From a virus (lineage: Duplodnaviria; Caudoviricetes): a stretch of 64,000 nt of DNA. The stretch lies in IMG/VR virus record IMGVR_UViG_3300031949_000003; one strand, given 5' to 3'. How positions within the stretch are numbered: the stretch's first letter is position 1; the number at the start of each line of letters is the position of its first letter. A program made the translations under genes and the position numbers. Shown here piece after piece: positions 31,262 to 42,083 of the stretch. The notes beneath the pieces were generated by a model, which saw only the letters and a program-made list of their open reading frames with translations, was not told the origin of the DNA and did no database searches.

Positions 31262-32116
31262 TCAGGCCGACTCTTCGATCTCGAGCCACGATTCGAGATC
31301 GGTCGTGGTCGGTGTGAAGTCGCCCGTTGTGGTGACCAGGACGCCCACCAGATCGCCCGCGACGAACGTGTCGATCCCGGCTGCTTGCGTGGTTCTGCCG
31401 TCCGTGCCCGCCGCGAGGGCAACAGCGAGCGTCCCGGCGACCCCGTTGATCGAAACCGTGATCGTCAACGTTCCAGCCGTCACCGCTTCGGTCAGCCGCG
31501 CGTTGAGCCCGACGATCGAGCCCGCGCGCATCATCGGGATGTCGTCGAAGTTGGTCGAGACTTGCGCGAACAGGGGAACGTTCGTTTGTGTCGCAGCGAC
31601 GTTCTGCTGCGCCCACTGTTCCGGCGGCGCGAAGCGTGGAGTCGCATCACCCGTCGGTCCTGTCGCGCCCGTCGATCCGATCGTGCCTGTCGGACCAGTC
31701 GCGCCCGTCGGACCAGTCGCTCCGATCGCGCCCGTCGGCCCTGTCGGCCCTAGCGCTCCGGTCGAGCCTGTCGAGCCCGTCGGTCCGGTGGCGCCGATCG
31801 CGCCCGTCGGTCCCGTCGGCCCCGTCGTTCCAACCGCTCCAGTCGGTCCCGTCGGTCCCGTCGGTCCCGTCGGTCCGGTGGCGCCTGTCGGTCCAGTGGC
31901 CCCGGTGTTCGCAGCGAGTCCCATCGGCCCCGTCGAGCCTGTGGGACCTGTCGGACCTGTGGGTCCAGTCGGTCCTGTGGTGCCGGTGCCGCCTCCAGCG
32001 GGCCCTGTCGGCCCGGTGAATCCGTCGTGTCCTCGACGGCCCCGCTTGCCGCGTTCGCCACGTTCACACTCATCGTCGTCGTCGCAGCCGGGCTGCGTGA
32101 TCTGGATTTCGGCCAC
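31262..32116 (-). CDS. collagen-like protein (GPT repeats, BclA-like layout)
   Basis: Long GxT triplet run plus beta-rich C-terminal domain. Confidence 0.85.
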   Translation of the reverse strand: MAEIQITQPGCDDDDECERGERGKRGRRGHDGFTGPTGPAGGGTGTTGPTGPTGPTGPTGSTGPMGLAANTGATGPTGATGPTGPTGPTGPTGAVGTTGPTGPTGAIGATGPTGSTGSTGALGPTGPTGAIGATGPTGATGPTGTIGSTGATGPTGDATPRFAPPEQWAQQNVAATQTNVPLFAQVSTNFDDIPMMRAGSIVGLNARLTEAVTAGTLTITVSINGVAGTLAVALAAGTDGRTTQAAGIDTFVAGDLVGVLVTTTGDFTPTTTDLESWLEIEESA

Positions 32117-32253
32117 AGCCCACCGTATCTGACGCGCGTACCCCTTTCCAGAAATTGACCACTGCCCTCAGCTCGATTTTTGAACAGTTACTGAGCTGTT
32201 TGGATGATTTGCACCTAAGAGGCGACGGCTCGCGTCGCGTGATAGGTCTGTTC

Positions 32254-32634
32254 ATGGAGAAACGGCTCACGTGCCCACGGTGCGACGCCGACCACGAGTA
32301 CGACGTGCCCGCCCGTGAGGTGACTGCTTCTCTTCGCGGCGTGCGATGTAGGGCGTGCGGGCATCGCTTCGGGTATGGCTTCGCACCCGAATACGTGACC
32401 GAGCGCGAACCCGAACTAGAGAATCGAAGCGAGATCGACGGCTCCTACGACAGCGCGGTCGAGACTCCCGCTGCACGAGAGCGACTCACGCGTCACGTGA
32501 CGCGGTACACCGCGTATCACGACCGTGATCGCGACATCCTGCTCCTACATCTGCTCGACATGGCAGATCGCCTCGACGACGAGCTGACGACGATCAAGCG
32601 CACGCTTGACGTGCTGACGAAACGCGGGCGCTAG
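32254..32634 (+). CDS. zinc-ribbon protein
   Basis: TCPRC...VRCRACGHRF. Confidence 0.65.
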   Translation: MEKRLTCPRCDADHEYDVPAREVTASLRGVRCRACGHRFGYGFAPEYVTEREPELENRSEIDGSYDSAVETPAARERLTRHVTRYTAYHDRDRDILLLHLLDMADRLDDELTTIKRTLDVLTKRGR

Positions 32635-33099
32635 GCTCGTCGGAGCCTAAGGCGCTCCGTCACACCGAAGACATTCGCGGGCGCTTCGATACGCCTCATG
32701 TGGAACGTGATCGAGGGCGTCATCATCGACGTAACGGCGACCCAGTTCAATGACTCGATGGTGAACCGGCTGTGTTTGGCGTGCTCGTCACGAGACAGCC
32801 GCGCCTCGCGAACAGCCCTATCGAGGCGTGCGCTCACCAGCACACCTCCCAACCGCCTGGCGCCCAGCCCTGGCGCACGATCGCGGCGACGCACTGATCC
32901 TTCGCGTCTCGCAGCGACGAGCACTCGCTGTTCTCGCCGCCGGTGCCGCGGTCGTCCCACGTGTGCCACGTGAATCGATGCTCGTCGTTCTGCCAGATCG
33001 TGGCTCGCGCGCACCCGCGGCCGTCAAGGAGATCCCATTTGCCGTCACGCGCTACGAGCCGCGGCAAGATGGAGCGATCGGCCCAGCGCCACGGTTTGA

Positions 33100-33225
33100 T
33101 CACGCGCTGCCTCGCTTTATGCAACAGCAGTCACGGCAACTCCTCAAATACTTGTAGCCGCCGACCGCGATCATCTGCACGACGACGAACGCGGCGATGA
33201 TGACCAAGACGTGTCCGTCGTTCAT
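33100..33225 (-). CDS. small membrane peptide, paralogue of 23397..23567
   Basis: MNDGHVLVIIAAFVVVQMIAVGGYKY. Confidence 0.55.
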   Translation of the reverse strand: MNDGHVLVIIAAFVVVQMIAVGGYKYLRSCRDCCCIKRGSA

Positions 33226-33450
33226 AACCTTAGCGTCGCCCTCACGGGTAGTGGTTGCGGTGCCGCTCGATGAAGGCGTCTGCCGTGTCGGGACCCGTCA
33301 GCAAAACGTACGGGACGACTGTCGTCATCTTTTCTGAACATGAGCCCATGCACCGTCACATAGGTATCTCGGGTGAACACCGCGAACTCATGATCTGTGC
33401 ACCGCACCCAAGCGCTGGGAGGCCGCCGCACCGGCCGAAGATAGACTACC

Positions 33451-34191
33451 TCACATCCCGTCACGACTGCCTCCGAACAAGTCGAGCTGCCTCGTCGGCG
33501 CAGGATCGCACGCGTCTAAATCGAGGAGCGCATCGCCGCGGATGTGGACGACTGTTAGACCCGCACGTCGGAGTGCAGGCGCGACGAGGAGACGCCGGTG
33601 GCAGCGCGCCGGATCCTCCTCGGCGCAAAGAATCGCAGTTCGGCGAACGCGCGCGAGCTCAACGAGCTGCCCGATCCCAACCTCGAAATCGGGAGCCGCC
33701 GCACGGCGCTCGTAGTCGACGCGGCCGTCCTGCCGATAGAACTCGGCTCCTTCGGGACGACCGCCGAGCTGCCGGCCCAAGAAGACGTAGTCGACGGCGT
33801 GCCCCGCCATCGTCTGCGCCAGAGCGGCCCTGTCGAAGTGCGACACCCACTTCGAGCTGGGATGCGATCGCACGTCGACGAGGCGCTCGATCGCGTGCGC
33901 ACGCAAGAGCGACACGAAATGCTCGATCGCGTGTCTTGAGTGACCGATGGTGAAGAGGGTGGAAATCTCCAGCCGCAAGAGCCAGGCGACGCACTCTTTG
34001 CAACAACGACCTGCGGTGTCTGGATGCTGCGCGCAGAACACGAACTTTCGCGTATCCCACTGCGGCGCGCTGACGCGCGCCTTGTCGCGATCGGCAGCGA
34101 GATCGCAACACGATCGCGGATCACCCTCCAGCGATCCTTCGCAGTGGATCACGTCCGGCAGCTTTTGCGGCTTCGGATCATTCACATTCAC
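33451..34191 (-). CDS. DUF488 family protein with Cys-rich N-terminal extension
   Basis: LFTIGHS, LVDVRSHP, LGGRP, ILCAE...CHR. Confidence 0.88.
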   Translation of the reverse strand: MNVNDPKPQKLPDVIHCEGSLEGDPRSCCDLAADRDKARVSAPQWDTRKFVFCAQHPDTAGRCCKECVAWLLRLEISTLFTIGHSRHAIEHFVSLLRAHAIERLVDVRSHPSSKWVSHFDRAALAQTMAGHAVDYVFLGRQLGGRPEGAEFYRQDGRVDYERRAAAPDFEVGIGQLVELARVRRTAILCAEEDPARCHRRLLVAPALRRAGLTVVHIRGDALLDLDACDPAPTRQLDLFGGSRDGM

Positions 34192-34360
34192 AGTTGTCCT
34201 TCCCCGTAGCTCTGCGCCTTTACGAACTGACGCCGACATTTTCCGCGCAGGCAGGTCTTGATCATGGGAGCTTTGCCGACCCGGATCGATCCCTGCCGAG
34301 AACAGAGAGCCTGCACCCAACGTCGACGCAGAGACGCTGACGCGTAGCAGTAGACACAGG

Positions 34361-35371
34361 TCATCCTGTGCTCCTGTCACGTCGTGATCGTACGGCATCC
34401 TCGATGATCGTCCCGAGGTCGTCGCGCTCGGGCTTCCAGTTGAGCACTTGCCGGGCGAGCGCGTTGCTCGCGACCAACTCGGCCGGATCGCCCGCGCGCC
34501 GCGGACCGACCGCGTGCGGTACCTCGCAGCCGAGCACGCGTGCCGTGGTCGCGAGCACGTCGCGCACGGTGTAACCCTGTCCGCTGCCGAGGTTGACCGC
34601 ACCGATCTCCTTGCCGTTGTCGAGAGCGTCGAGCGCGGAGAGGTGCGCTCTGGCGAGGTCACACACGTGGACGTAGTCCCGCACGCACGTGCCGTCCTTG
34701 GTCGGATAGTCGCCGCCGAACACCGTGAGGGGCGGGCGCCGGCCGAGCCCCGCGTCGATCGCGAGCGGGATGAGGTGCGTCTCAGGATCATGAGACTCGC
34801 GCAGCGTGCCGTCTGGATGCGCGCCGGCCGCGTTGAAGTAACGCAGCACGCCCCATCGGATGCCGTACGCGGGCCCGTACGAGGCGATCGCGTGCTCGAT
34901 CGCGAGCTTCGTGGCGCCGTACGGATTCACCGGAGCGTATCTCGCGCTCTCGGCGATCGGAGTCGTCTTGGGCTCCCCGTAAACGGCCGCCGTGGACGAG
35001 AACAAGAACACGCGGGGTCCGACCTCGCGAACAATGTCGAGCAGCGCCAGCGAACGTGCGACGTTGTGCTCGAAGTAGAGCGCGGGATTCACGACCGACT
35101 CGCCGACGCAGATCTTGCCGGCGAAGTGCACGATCGCCGTGACGCGGCGCTCCTCGATCAGCTTACGCACGAGCACGCGATCCGCGACGTCACCGCGAAC
35201 GCGCGTGATCCGAGACGGCGCGAGCGCCGAGGGTAGCTCTGGCCAGTCGGGTGCCCCGGACAAATCGTCGAGGACGATGACCTGACTGCCAGCTTCCCCG
35301 GCGAGTCGGGCGAAGTGCGATCCGACGAAGCCGGCGCCACCGGTCACGAGGATCGTGTCGCGCGCGCTCAC
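34361..35371 (-). CDS. galE: UDP-glucose 4-epimerase
   Basis: GGAGFVG, HFAG, SSTAAVYG, YGATK, LRYFNAAGA, DGTCVRDYVHV. Confidence 0.95.
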   Translation of the reverse strand: MSARDTILVTGGAGFVGSHFARLAGEAGSQVIVLDDLSGAPDWPELPSALAPSRITRVRGDVADRVLVRKLIEERRVTAIVHFAGKICVGESVVNPALYFEHNVARSLALLDIVREVGPRVFLFSSTAAVYGEPKTTPIAESARYAPVNPYGATKLAIEHAIASYGPAYGIRWGVLRYFNAAGAHPDGTLRESHDPETHLIPLAIDAGLGRRPPLTVFGGDYPTKDGTCVRDYVHVCDLARAHLSALDALDNGKEIGAVNLGSGQGYTVRDVLATTARVLGCEVPHAVGPRRAGDPAELVASNALARQVLNWKPERDDLGTIIEDAVRSRRDRSTG

Positions 35372-35785
35372 GGGCGCCCTCCGCGGCGCGCCCGCCGCCG
35401 TCGCCGTCGCTCTACCGCCCGACGCGCCTCGGGCGGCAGCGCCTGCAAGCGCTGCTGCTCGCGCGCCTGCTCGCGCGCCTGCTCGTCTGCCCGCTCACGC
35501 AGACGCTGGTTCATCTCCTCCGCGAAGCGCGCCCGCGCCGCTTCCCAGATCTCGCGCTGCTGGTCGAGCTCGGGGCTGTCTTGGACCGAAAATCCGAGAG
35601 CCTTGAGCTGCGTCACGAGCCCACGCAGGTGATCCCGCCGTTTCGAATCGACGACGAGCGCGCTCAGCACGGCGACGTCGCCGTCTTCTTGCAGGAGAAA
35701 ATCCACCGCGACCTTCTCCTCGTCAGAGAGGCGCGCGAATAGCTCGCGCGGTGACGGCGAGACGATCGTCGGCATCAAGCGCACA

Positions 35786-35956
35786 CTACTTCTTGCCCCG
35801 AGGCTTCGGCACCTTGCCCACAGAGCGGCGCGACTGCGAGCCGATCGCGAGCACCTGCTTGCGGCTCGTGACCCGAGTATCCGATCGCCCCGCACTGCGG
35901 TTCATCGCCTTAGTGACCTTCGTAGACAACTTCTTGCTGATTTTCTTCGTCGCCAT
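35786..35956 (-). CDS. small Lys/Arg-rich basic protein
   Basis: AGGAGG upstream; MATKKISKK... Confidence 0.65.
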   Translation of the reverse strand: MATKKISKKLSTKVTKAMNRSAGRSDTRVTSRKQVLAIGSQSRRSVGKVPKPRGKK

Positions 35957-36779
35957 ATGTCCTCCTAGGGCCAAACGTACACCGGGTAGCGGGGAGCGAT
36001 CACCGCGCCTCCAGCGCTGCGAGCAGCGCACTCTCCAGCGCGCGCATCTCGACCGGATCGCGACCTGCCTCGTCGATCGCGAGCTGGATCGTGAACGCCA
36101 CAGCGGCGATGACGAGATCCCGCGTCGGAGGGCTAGTGATATCGGTCGTCGTGACGTGCGGGCAGCGACATGCTGCGAGTGCCAGCTGACCGAGCGTGCA
36201 CGAGAGGTCGTGGGTCATGAGGAGCGCCTTCACGCGGCGCTCCTCTTGGTGCGCGGCTTCCTGGCGAGGCGCACGTTGGCGAGCATCTTCTTGCTCTCAA
36301 GTAGCCGCGCGAGCGACGCCACATAGAGTGCACCTGCCTCATCGCCCACGCTCGTGAGAAGTTGCGAGAGCACGTCGAGCTGGACCATCGACTGCTTGTA
36401 GAGATCCGCGTCGTCCCTTCGGGCCTGCGCGAGCAACCGATCGAGGTTGCCTGCCCGCTTCGAGGCCCAGTCGGCTAGATCACCCGGTTTCGAGAGCTTG
36501 GTCACGACGCGCTCCTCTCCCCCGACGACTGCCTCGAAGATGGCTCCCCCGACGACTGCCTCGAAGACGGCTTCTCACCGCGGCCGACGCCGCGCGCGTC
36601 CTGACAGTTGAAACAGAACCGCATGTGACGGTGCTGCCCCTTCCAGCGATAGGCGATGATCGACGAGCACGCGCGGCAGACGTCGTCGCCGCACGCCCAG
36701 CAGGTGACAACCGGGCCCCGGGCGAAGTTGCGACCGGACGCCTCGCAATCGATCGAGTCCACGACAGAGCAGTTACGGC

Positions 36780-37991
36780 TCACGATGCCTCCTCCTTCTT
36801 CTGGGCACGTGCGTACACGATCGTCCCGATCACCTCGACCTCGTCGAAGGAAAGCTCGCGGTTGATGAGGTACACGGGATCCGCGTAGTCGCCCTTGTAC
36901 GCGGTGATCGGCACGATCGTGCACGCACGTGCCCGGATGAAGGAGTCGACCTCCGCCTGGGTGAAGCTGTCGCGCTGATCCTTGATCTTCTCGGCAAGCT
37001 CCGTGCGGAGCGTCTCGTAGACGGCGTCGTCCACGACGTAGACGCCGCGCGCGTCCTTCGGAGACACCTTGACGAGCAGCTCGTCGAACAGCCTAGGCGT
37101 GTACCCCGGGATGCGCCAAGCCGCGGTACCGATCACACCGCACCAGATGAATCCGTCGAAGGCCACTTCGGGAAGATCCGCACCGCTCTTGATGCTCAGA
37201 TGTGCGAGGCGTGGATTGCCGATGAGCCCATAGCGTTCCGCCAGCGGCAAGTCGTCGAGACAGCGCTTGCCGATCTCGATACGACGCGCATCGCGCGGCT
37301 CGCCGTACGCGAAGAAGGGTCCGTGGTCATCAGGGAACGGAATCGGCAGGGGCTCCACGCAGACGTCATCGACCGTCTCCGCGATCGGACTCGCCTCGAT
37401 GTCCGGCAGGCCGACGTCCTGGAGGTAGGCACGGAACTCCTCCATGACCTCAGACGTGCGGAACGACTGCGGCTCTTCGCCCTCGGGACCGTACTCACGG
37501 TGGTCTTCGTTCCAGCCAAGCATCCCCGCGCGTACGCCCGGCCAGCGATCCCTTCCAGAATACCTGACGCACAACCGCGGCTTCTTGTCGAGGCGTGCAT
37601 TGGGGCGTGACCACCACGCCCTACGATCATGCTCCCAGTCGGAGCCGACGTAGACGTCGTACGTGGGGCCCGACTCGTCCGGGTACACGTGCAGCGAGCG
37701 CTTGGCGAGCTGCACGAAGTCGACCGCTGCGACGTCGTTAAACTTCTCGCCGGGCAGAAGACCCTGCGGACGACCGAAGCGGATCACGACGTCGTGGTGA
37801 CCGATGTCGATCGCGAGCTGACTGCTTTTGATCTCGCTAACGTAGCGGAGCTTCTGCGCGCCGCTGCCGTAGTCGCGGAAGGCGACGGTGAAGCCGGGCA
37901 CCTGGAAGTTCCGAGCGTGAAGAGCGCGCACGATCTGCTCGCACACCTCATCGAAGGGAAACTGCCGGCTCTTGGGATAAAGAAACTGCAT
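36780..37991 (-). CDS. hypothetical protein, 403 aa
   Basis: AGGAG upstream; long ORF with GC3 bias. Confidence 0.8.
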   Translation of the reverse strand: MQFLYPKSRQFPFDEVCEQIVRALHARNFQVPGFTVAFRDYGSGAQKLRYVSEIKSSQLAIDIGHHDVVIRFGRPQGLLPGEKFNDVAAVDFVQLAKRSLHVYPDESGPTYDVYVGSDWEHDRRAWWSRPNARLDKKPRLCVRYSGRDRWPGVRAGMLGWNEDHREYGPEGEEPQSFRTSEVMEEFRAYLQDVGLPDIEASPIAETVDDVCVEPLPIPFPDDHGPFFAYGEPRDARRIEIGKRCLDDLPLAERYGLIGNPRLAHLSIKSGADLPEVAFDGFIWCGVIGTAAWRIPGYTPRLFDELLVKVSPKDARGVYVVDDAVYETLRTELAEKIKDQRDSFTQAEVDSFIRARACTIVPITAYKGDYADPVYLINRELSFDEVEVIGTIVYARAQKKEEAS

Positions 37992-39218
37992 TCGATAAAA
38001 TCTCCTGGTTGTTGTCAGCTCGCGGTTTCTTCGGAGAGCAGCTCGTCACACATCGAGCGAAGAGCCACGACCTGGTCGCGAGAAAGGCCGAGCGAGACAA
38101 TGAAGCCTCCCGGAACCTGGATGGCGCGAATCGATCCTGCTGAGAGGTTGAACGGCTTTCCCTGCCCGGCGGGCATACGTGCGAGGGTGAACGTCCCCTT
38201 GCCGCGGCTGATCGAAGCGCGGATCTCGTTGAGAGCTTCCTGCATGTCTCGCATGTCGCCATCCGTGGTCTTGGTCATCGTGAATTCACTAACGTGAGTG
38301 CGATCCAAAGGATCACGCAAGTTGTCAGCACGATGCCGAAGGCAACGCGATTAGCGCGAGCCAGGCGCGCGTAATCGCCGTCGGTCATCGAGCCTGGTTT
38401 GCCGAACAAGCGATGCAGTAGCGATCGACCTCCGGCTGCTTCATCGCAGTCGGCTTCAGCATCGGGCTCTCCCGGATGGTCACGCCATGCAGGGCACGCG
38501 TGCCGCTTGCAGTCTGGACACCAATCGTTCACGGCAACACCTTTCCCTCGCGCTGAGCGACGATCCGATCCACGAGTTCGTGAAGCTCTTGCAGCTTGCG
38601 GTGGATTCGACCACCGGGGCGCGTGTCGCGATCGAAATCTTCCGTGGCTTTGCGGTATCGCGTCATGCAGTCAAGGCAGTCGACCTTGTAGCAGCGACAG
38701 ATCTTGTTCGCGTCGTCGGTCACGGGGCCTCCAGCAGCTCGACGTCGCGCGGACGTAGCCGTCGCAGCCAATCCAAGATCGATGCCCAGTCGCGCCGCGG
38801 CTCGATCGGACCCGCACCGAAGTCGACGCGCCACTGCCCGTCTTCGGAGCACGTGACCTCGTACGTGCGATCGACCCACGTCATGTCGGGGCCCGCCTGG
38901 ATCTGGCAGGCGATCAGCGCGCGGGCTCGCGGCTCGCGAAACGCTGCGATATCCTCGTAGCTCACGATCGCCACCTCGCGATGGCCCGCGGCAACGCGAT
39001 GGTGTTCGCCGCGATCCAGCGCGCGCGGCCCGCTTCTCGACAAGGGCCGCACATGATGGCCATCACGCGGCACCCCTCTGAGCACAATCGCTCGACGTCC
39101 TCGTGCCTCCGATCGCACGTCTGACAACGCACGCGCCGGAGGGGTCCTGTTCGGGGGAGCCGATCGTAGTCTCGGGACAGCCCGAGCGGAACGCCAGCGA
39201 TCGTCTCTGCCGGAAGAC

Positions 39219-39818
39219 TCATGCAGACTCCTTGGACGGCTTGGACGGCTCGAAGGGCTTGAACGCGTACAGCTCGACGCCCTTCGTATCGAGACCGTCG
39301 GGGTACTTCTTCATCGCTTCGAGCTGGTATTCGTTGGGCCTCCAGCCCCAGATCTTGACGAGCGTGAAGAGCAGCTCGGCCTCGTACGCGTGCCAGCGCG
39401 CGCGATTCGTCGGATCGCCGATCAGTCGATCGTTGTAGAAGTCGACGACCTGCGCGCCGACGAAGAGGATCGCGCCGAGCTGCATGAACGCGTCCTCCTT
39501 CGTCATCGCTGGCCACGTCCGCGGGATGAGCACCATGCCCTGCGAGACCCCGCGCACGCGCACGGCAGTGAACGTGAGCGACGGCACCTCGGGCCCGAGC
39601 GCGACTTGCACGCGCTTGTTGCCGACGAGATCCCAGACCATCTGCGCCAACGCTTGAACGCGCTCGTTGGGAATGAAGACGCGCAGTGTCGCGACGCCGG
39701 CCGCGAAGAGTTCCGCACACTCCTTTCCGCGTACGGCGACGGGATCCGAGTCGGGCAGCTCGTCGACGTGGACTTGGCCGGCTGTGAATCCCGCCACGAT
39801 CTCTTCGCGAAGTGTCAT
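39219..39818 (-). CDS. hypothetical protein
   Basis: Overlap-coupled, GC3 bias. Confidence 0.7.
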   Translation of the reverse strand: MTLREEIVAGFTAGQVHVDELPDSDPVAVRGKECAELFAAGVATLRVFIPNERVQALAQMVWDLVGNKRVQVALGPEVPSLTFTAVRVRGVSQGMVLIPRTWPAMTKEDAFMQLGAILFVGAQVVDFYNDRLIGDPTNRARWHAYEAELLFTLVKIWGWRPNEYQLEAMKKYPDGLDTKGVELYAFKPFEPSKPSKESA

Positions 39819-40014
39819 CGCTCCCCCTTCATCCATGCCCAGAAGTTCTTCTTGCACGAGCTGCACAACCCATATCGACCGCCACCGTGCCCCTCGATCG
39901 CCATCCGCATCCAGTCGTCTGGCCAGCGGGGCTCCGTCGATTCCTCACGATCTGGCGCGACGATCTCGACACAGCCGCACTTGTCGCACTTGATCTCGAA
40001 CTTCGGAGTAACCT

Positions 40015-40248
40015 TCACGCCTTGCTCCTCTTGTGGCGATCCACGACTTCGCTCTCGACCCGTCGCAGCTCGCGCCGAAGGAACGTCTCGAAGCTCTCCG
40101 GGACGTGCTCGCCCGCCGCGACGCGGCGGCGATCCGCGTGAACGCCGCGGGCGAGGTGCCGCCCGCGCCGCGTGCCGCTCCAGCAGCGGACGGCGGCCTC
40201 GGCGCCGCAGCTCGGACACGCGACCGAGAGTGCGTCGATCTTCGTCAC
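40015..40248 (-). CDS. CPxC...C...H zinc-finger protein
   Basis: LSVACPSCGAEAAVRCWS...HADR. Confidence 0.65.
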   Translation of the reverse strand: MTKIDALSVACPSCGAEAAVRCWSGTRRGRHLARGVHADRRRVAAGEHVPESFETFLRRELRRVESEVVDRHKRSKA

Positions 40249-40670
40249 GGTTTCTTCTTCCCTGCCTTGGCCGCTTCCTCGGCGACCTGTTGCCGCCTGC
40301 GGCCGAGCCATGCGTCCAGGTTCTGGGGAACACGTTCACCCCGCGCCACGCGGACACGATCGGGATGATGCGACCCCTGAGAAATCTTGCGGCCGACCCG
40401 CGTACTGCTCCAGCAGAGGTCGCCGATCTCGGCCCCGCACGTAGGACATTCCACCGAGAGCGTGTTGGTCTGGACCATCACGGTCACCAGGTAGAGGGCC
40501 TCCAGTCCAGCCGGGCCGAACTCGCCCACGACCTTGATCGAATCGTTCACGCCGTCCAGGTAGGATCGCAAGCGCTCCTTGGCGACGTCCTCTCCGTGCT
40601 GGGCGCGCTGCCGCAGTGCCCAGTCTTCGAGGTAGGCGTAGAACTTCTCGGCCGGTGTCGTGCCCTTCAC
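40245..40670 (-). CDS. protein with C-terminal CPxC...C...H zinc finger
   Basis: LSVECPTCGAEIGDLCWS...HPDR. Confidence 0.65.
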   Translation of the reverse strand: MKGTTPAEKFYAYLEDWALRQRAQHGEDVAKERLRSYLDGVNDSIKVVGEFGPAGLEALYLVTVMVQTNTLSVECPTCGAEIGDLCWSSTRVGRKISQGSHHPDRVRVARGERVPQNLDAWLGRRRQQVAEEAAKAGKKKP

Positions 40671-41510
40671 TCGTCGGGCTCCGCGAGCCAGCGCAGGTAC
40701 GATCGATAGATCGCGCGACCGTCCGGGCACATGGCGGCGAGTGTCTCGTCGGGAACGGTGTGTCGCTTTCCGTGCTGTTGCTGCCGCACCTCCTCCGGGT
40801 TGATGTCCTTGCACTGAGCGCAGCCATTGAAGTGCCGGCTCACGTCATCGTGGATCCACGAACCCTTCGTCACGATGTCCTCCCAGATCGGCAGTGCGGG
40901 CAGTCCGTCCGATTGCACGGGCGCGCCTGCTTGCTCGGCGCGCGACCGTCGATGGGCCACGTACAGATGGTCGGGCTATCTTCCGCGAACCGTTCGCGCG
41001 CCAAAATGGTCGGCGGAATGTCCTTACCGCAGCGCTCGCAGAACGGCAGGTGTGTTTGCCGCCAACGCACCGGGCCCAAGTGATTGCCGTGCTCGCACTG
41101 CGGTTCTTTCCTTCTTGCCGCGCGCTGCTCCGAGACCTCGCGCGTGTACAAGTGCCCCTTGCCGCTGCCCACTACATCAGGGAAATCGAGCGGGCCGTAC
41201 TTGGCCACGGCAAAGGCGAACTCCGGGTGATCGCGCAAACAGTCGGGTCCGATCGGCAGAAGCGTCGGTAGCCGCGACCCGTTGGGCATCGTCTGGAAGT
41301 CTCGCCACTCGTCTGTCTTGAGATCCTCGTCCGCGGACACGAGCCACCACTCGCCGTCGTTCGTGCGCGCCGTGTATAGGCGCGTCGCGTCAGGGCGCAC
41401 AGGGCGCGCGCAGTACGCGCATAGCGCGTCGCTGTACACGCCCATCCCGGCATCCGTCCCGGCAAACCGCTTGTACCAGCGATCTGACTGCACGAACACG
41501 AGCCGTTGAC

Positions 41511-42083
41511 TCACGGCAGGGCCTCTAACGCCAGCTGCAAGCGGTCACGGATCTTTAGCTCCTCGTCATCGGCGTCGGCCCATGCATCGATCATCCCGCA
41601 GAGGCTACGAACCCCGGACTCATAGAGCTCGACGAGGACCTGCCTGCGATCGTTACCGTCGGTCCGCCATTTCGCGTCCATCTCGTCGGTCCACGTCGCG
41701 ACCAGCATGATCTCGATCGTGACCCGCGCCTCGCCGTCGACGATCGTCGCGCCGATCGTCGGCCTCGACCAGGCCACGGTGGTGTGGTCGAACAAGTACA
41801 CGAGATCGATCCCGATCGCGTAGAAGGTCGGGAGGACGATTGTCACCGAGTTCCGATCGATCCGGATCTCGGACGCCTGGTACACCTCCCACGCGCCGCT
41901 GTCGCGGACCTCGAAACCAGGCTGCCCACGCTGCTCGGGGTGCTCGCGCAGGACCTGCGCCAGCTCGGCCTCCTCGCGCGCGCGATACGCCGCGTTGTGC
42001 GCCTCGAACCGGGCGCGGATCTCGGAGCGAAAGCTCTCGGCGACGACCTCGTCGGACCACTGCGGTAGCGGGGTTTCGGTCAC
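41511..42083 (-). CDS. hypothetical protein
   Basis: Overlap-coupled, GC3 bias. Confidence 0.7.
   Translation of the reverse strand: MTETPLPQWSDEVVAESFRSEIRARFEAHNAAYRAREEAELAQVLREHPEQRGQPGFEVRDSGAWEVYQASEIRIDRNSVTIVLPTFYAIGIDLVYLFDHTTVAWSRPTIGATIVDGEARVTIEIMLVATWTDEMDAKWRTDGNDRRQVLVELYESGVRSLCGMIDAWADADDEELKIRDRLQLALEALP

Noticed and set aside
27816-32132. Long plus-strand Pro-rich ORFs (e.g. 27816..29396, 31206..32132)
   Set aside because: Antisense shadows of the Gly-rich and collagen genes.
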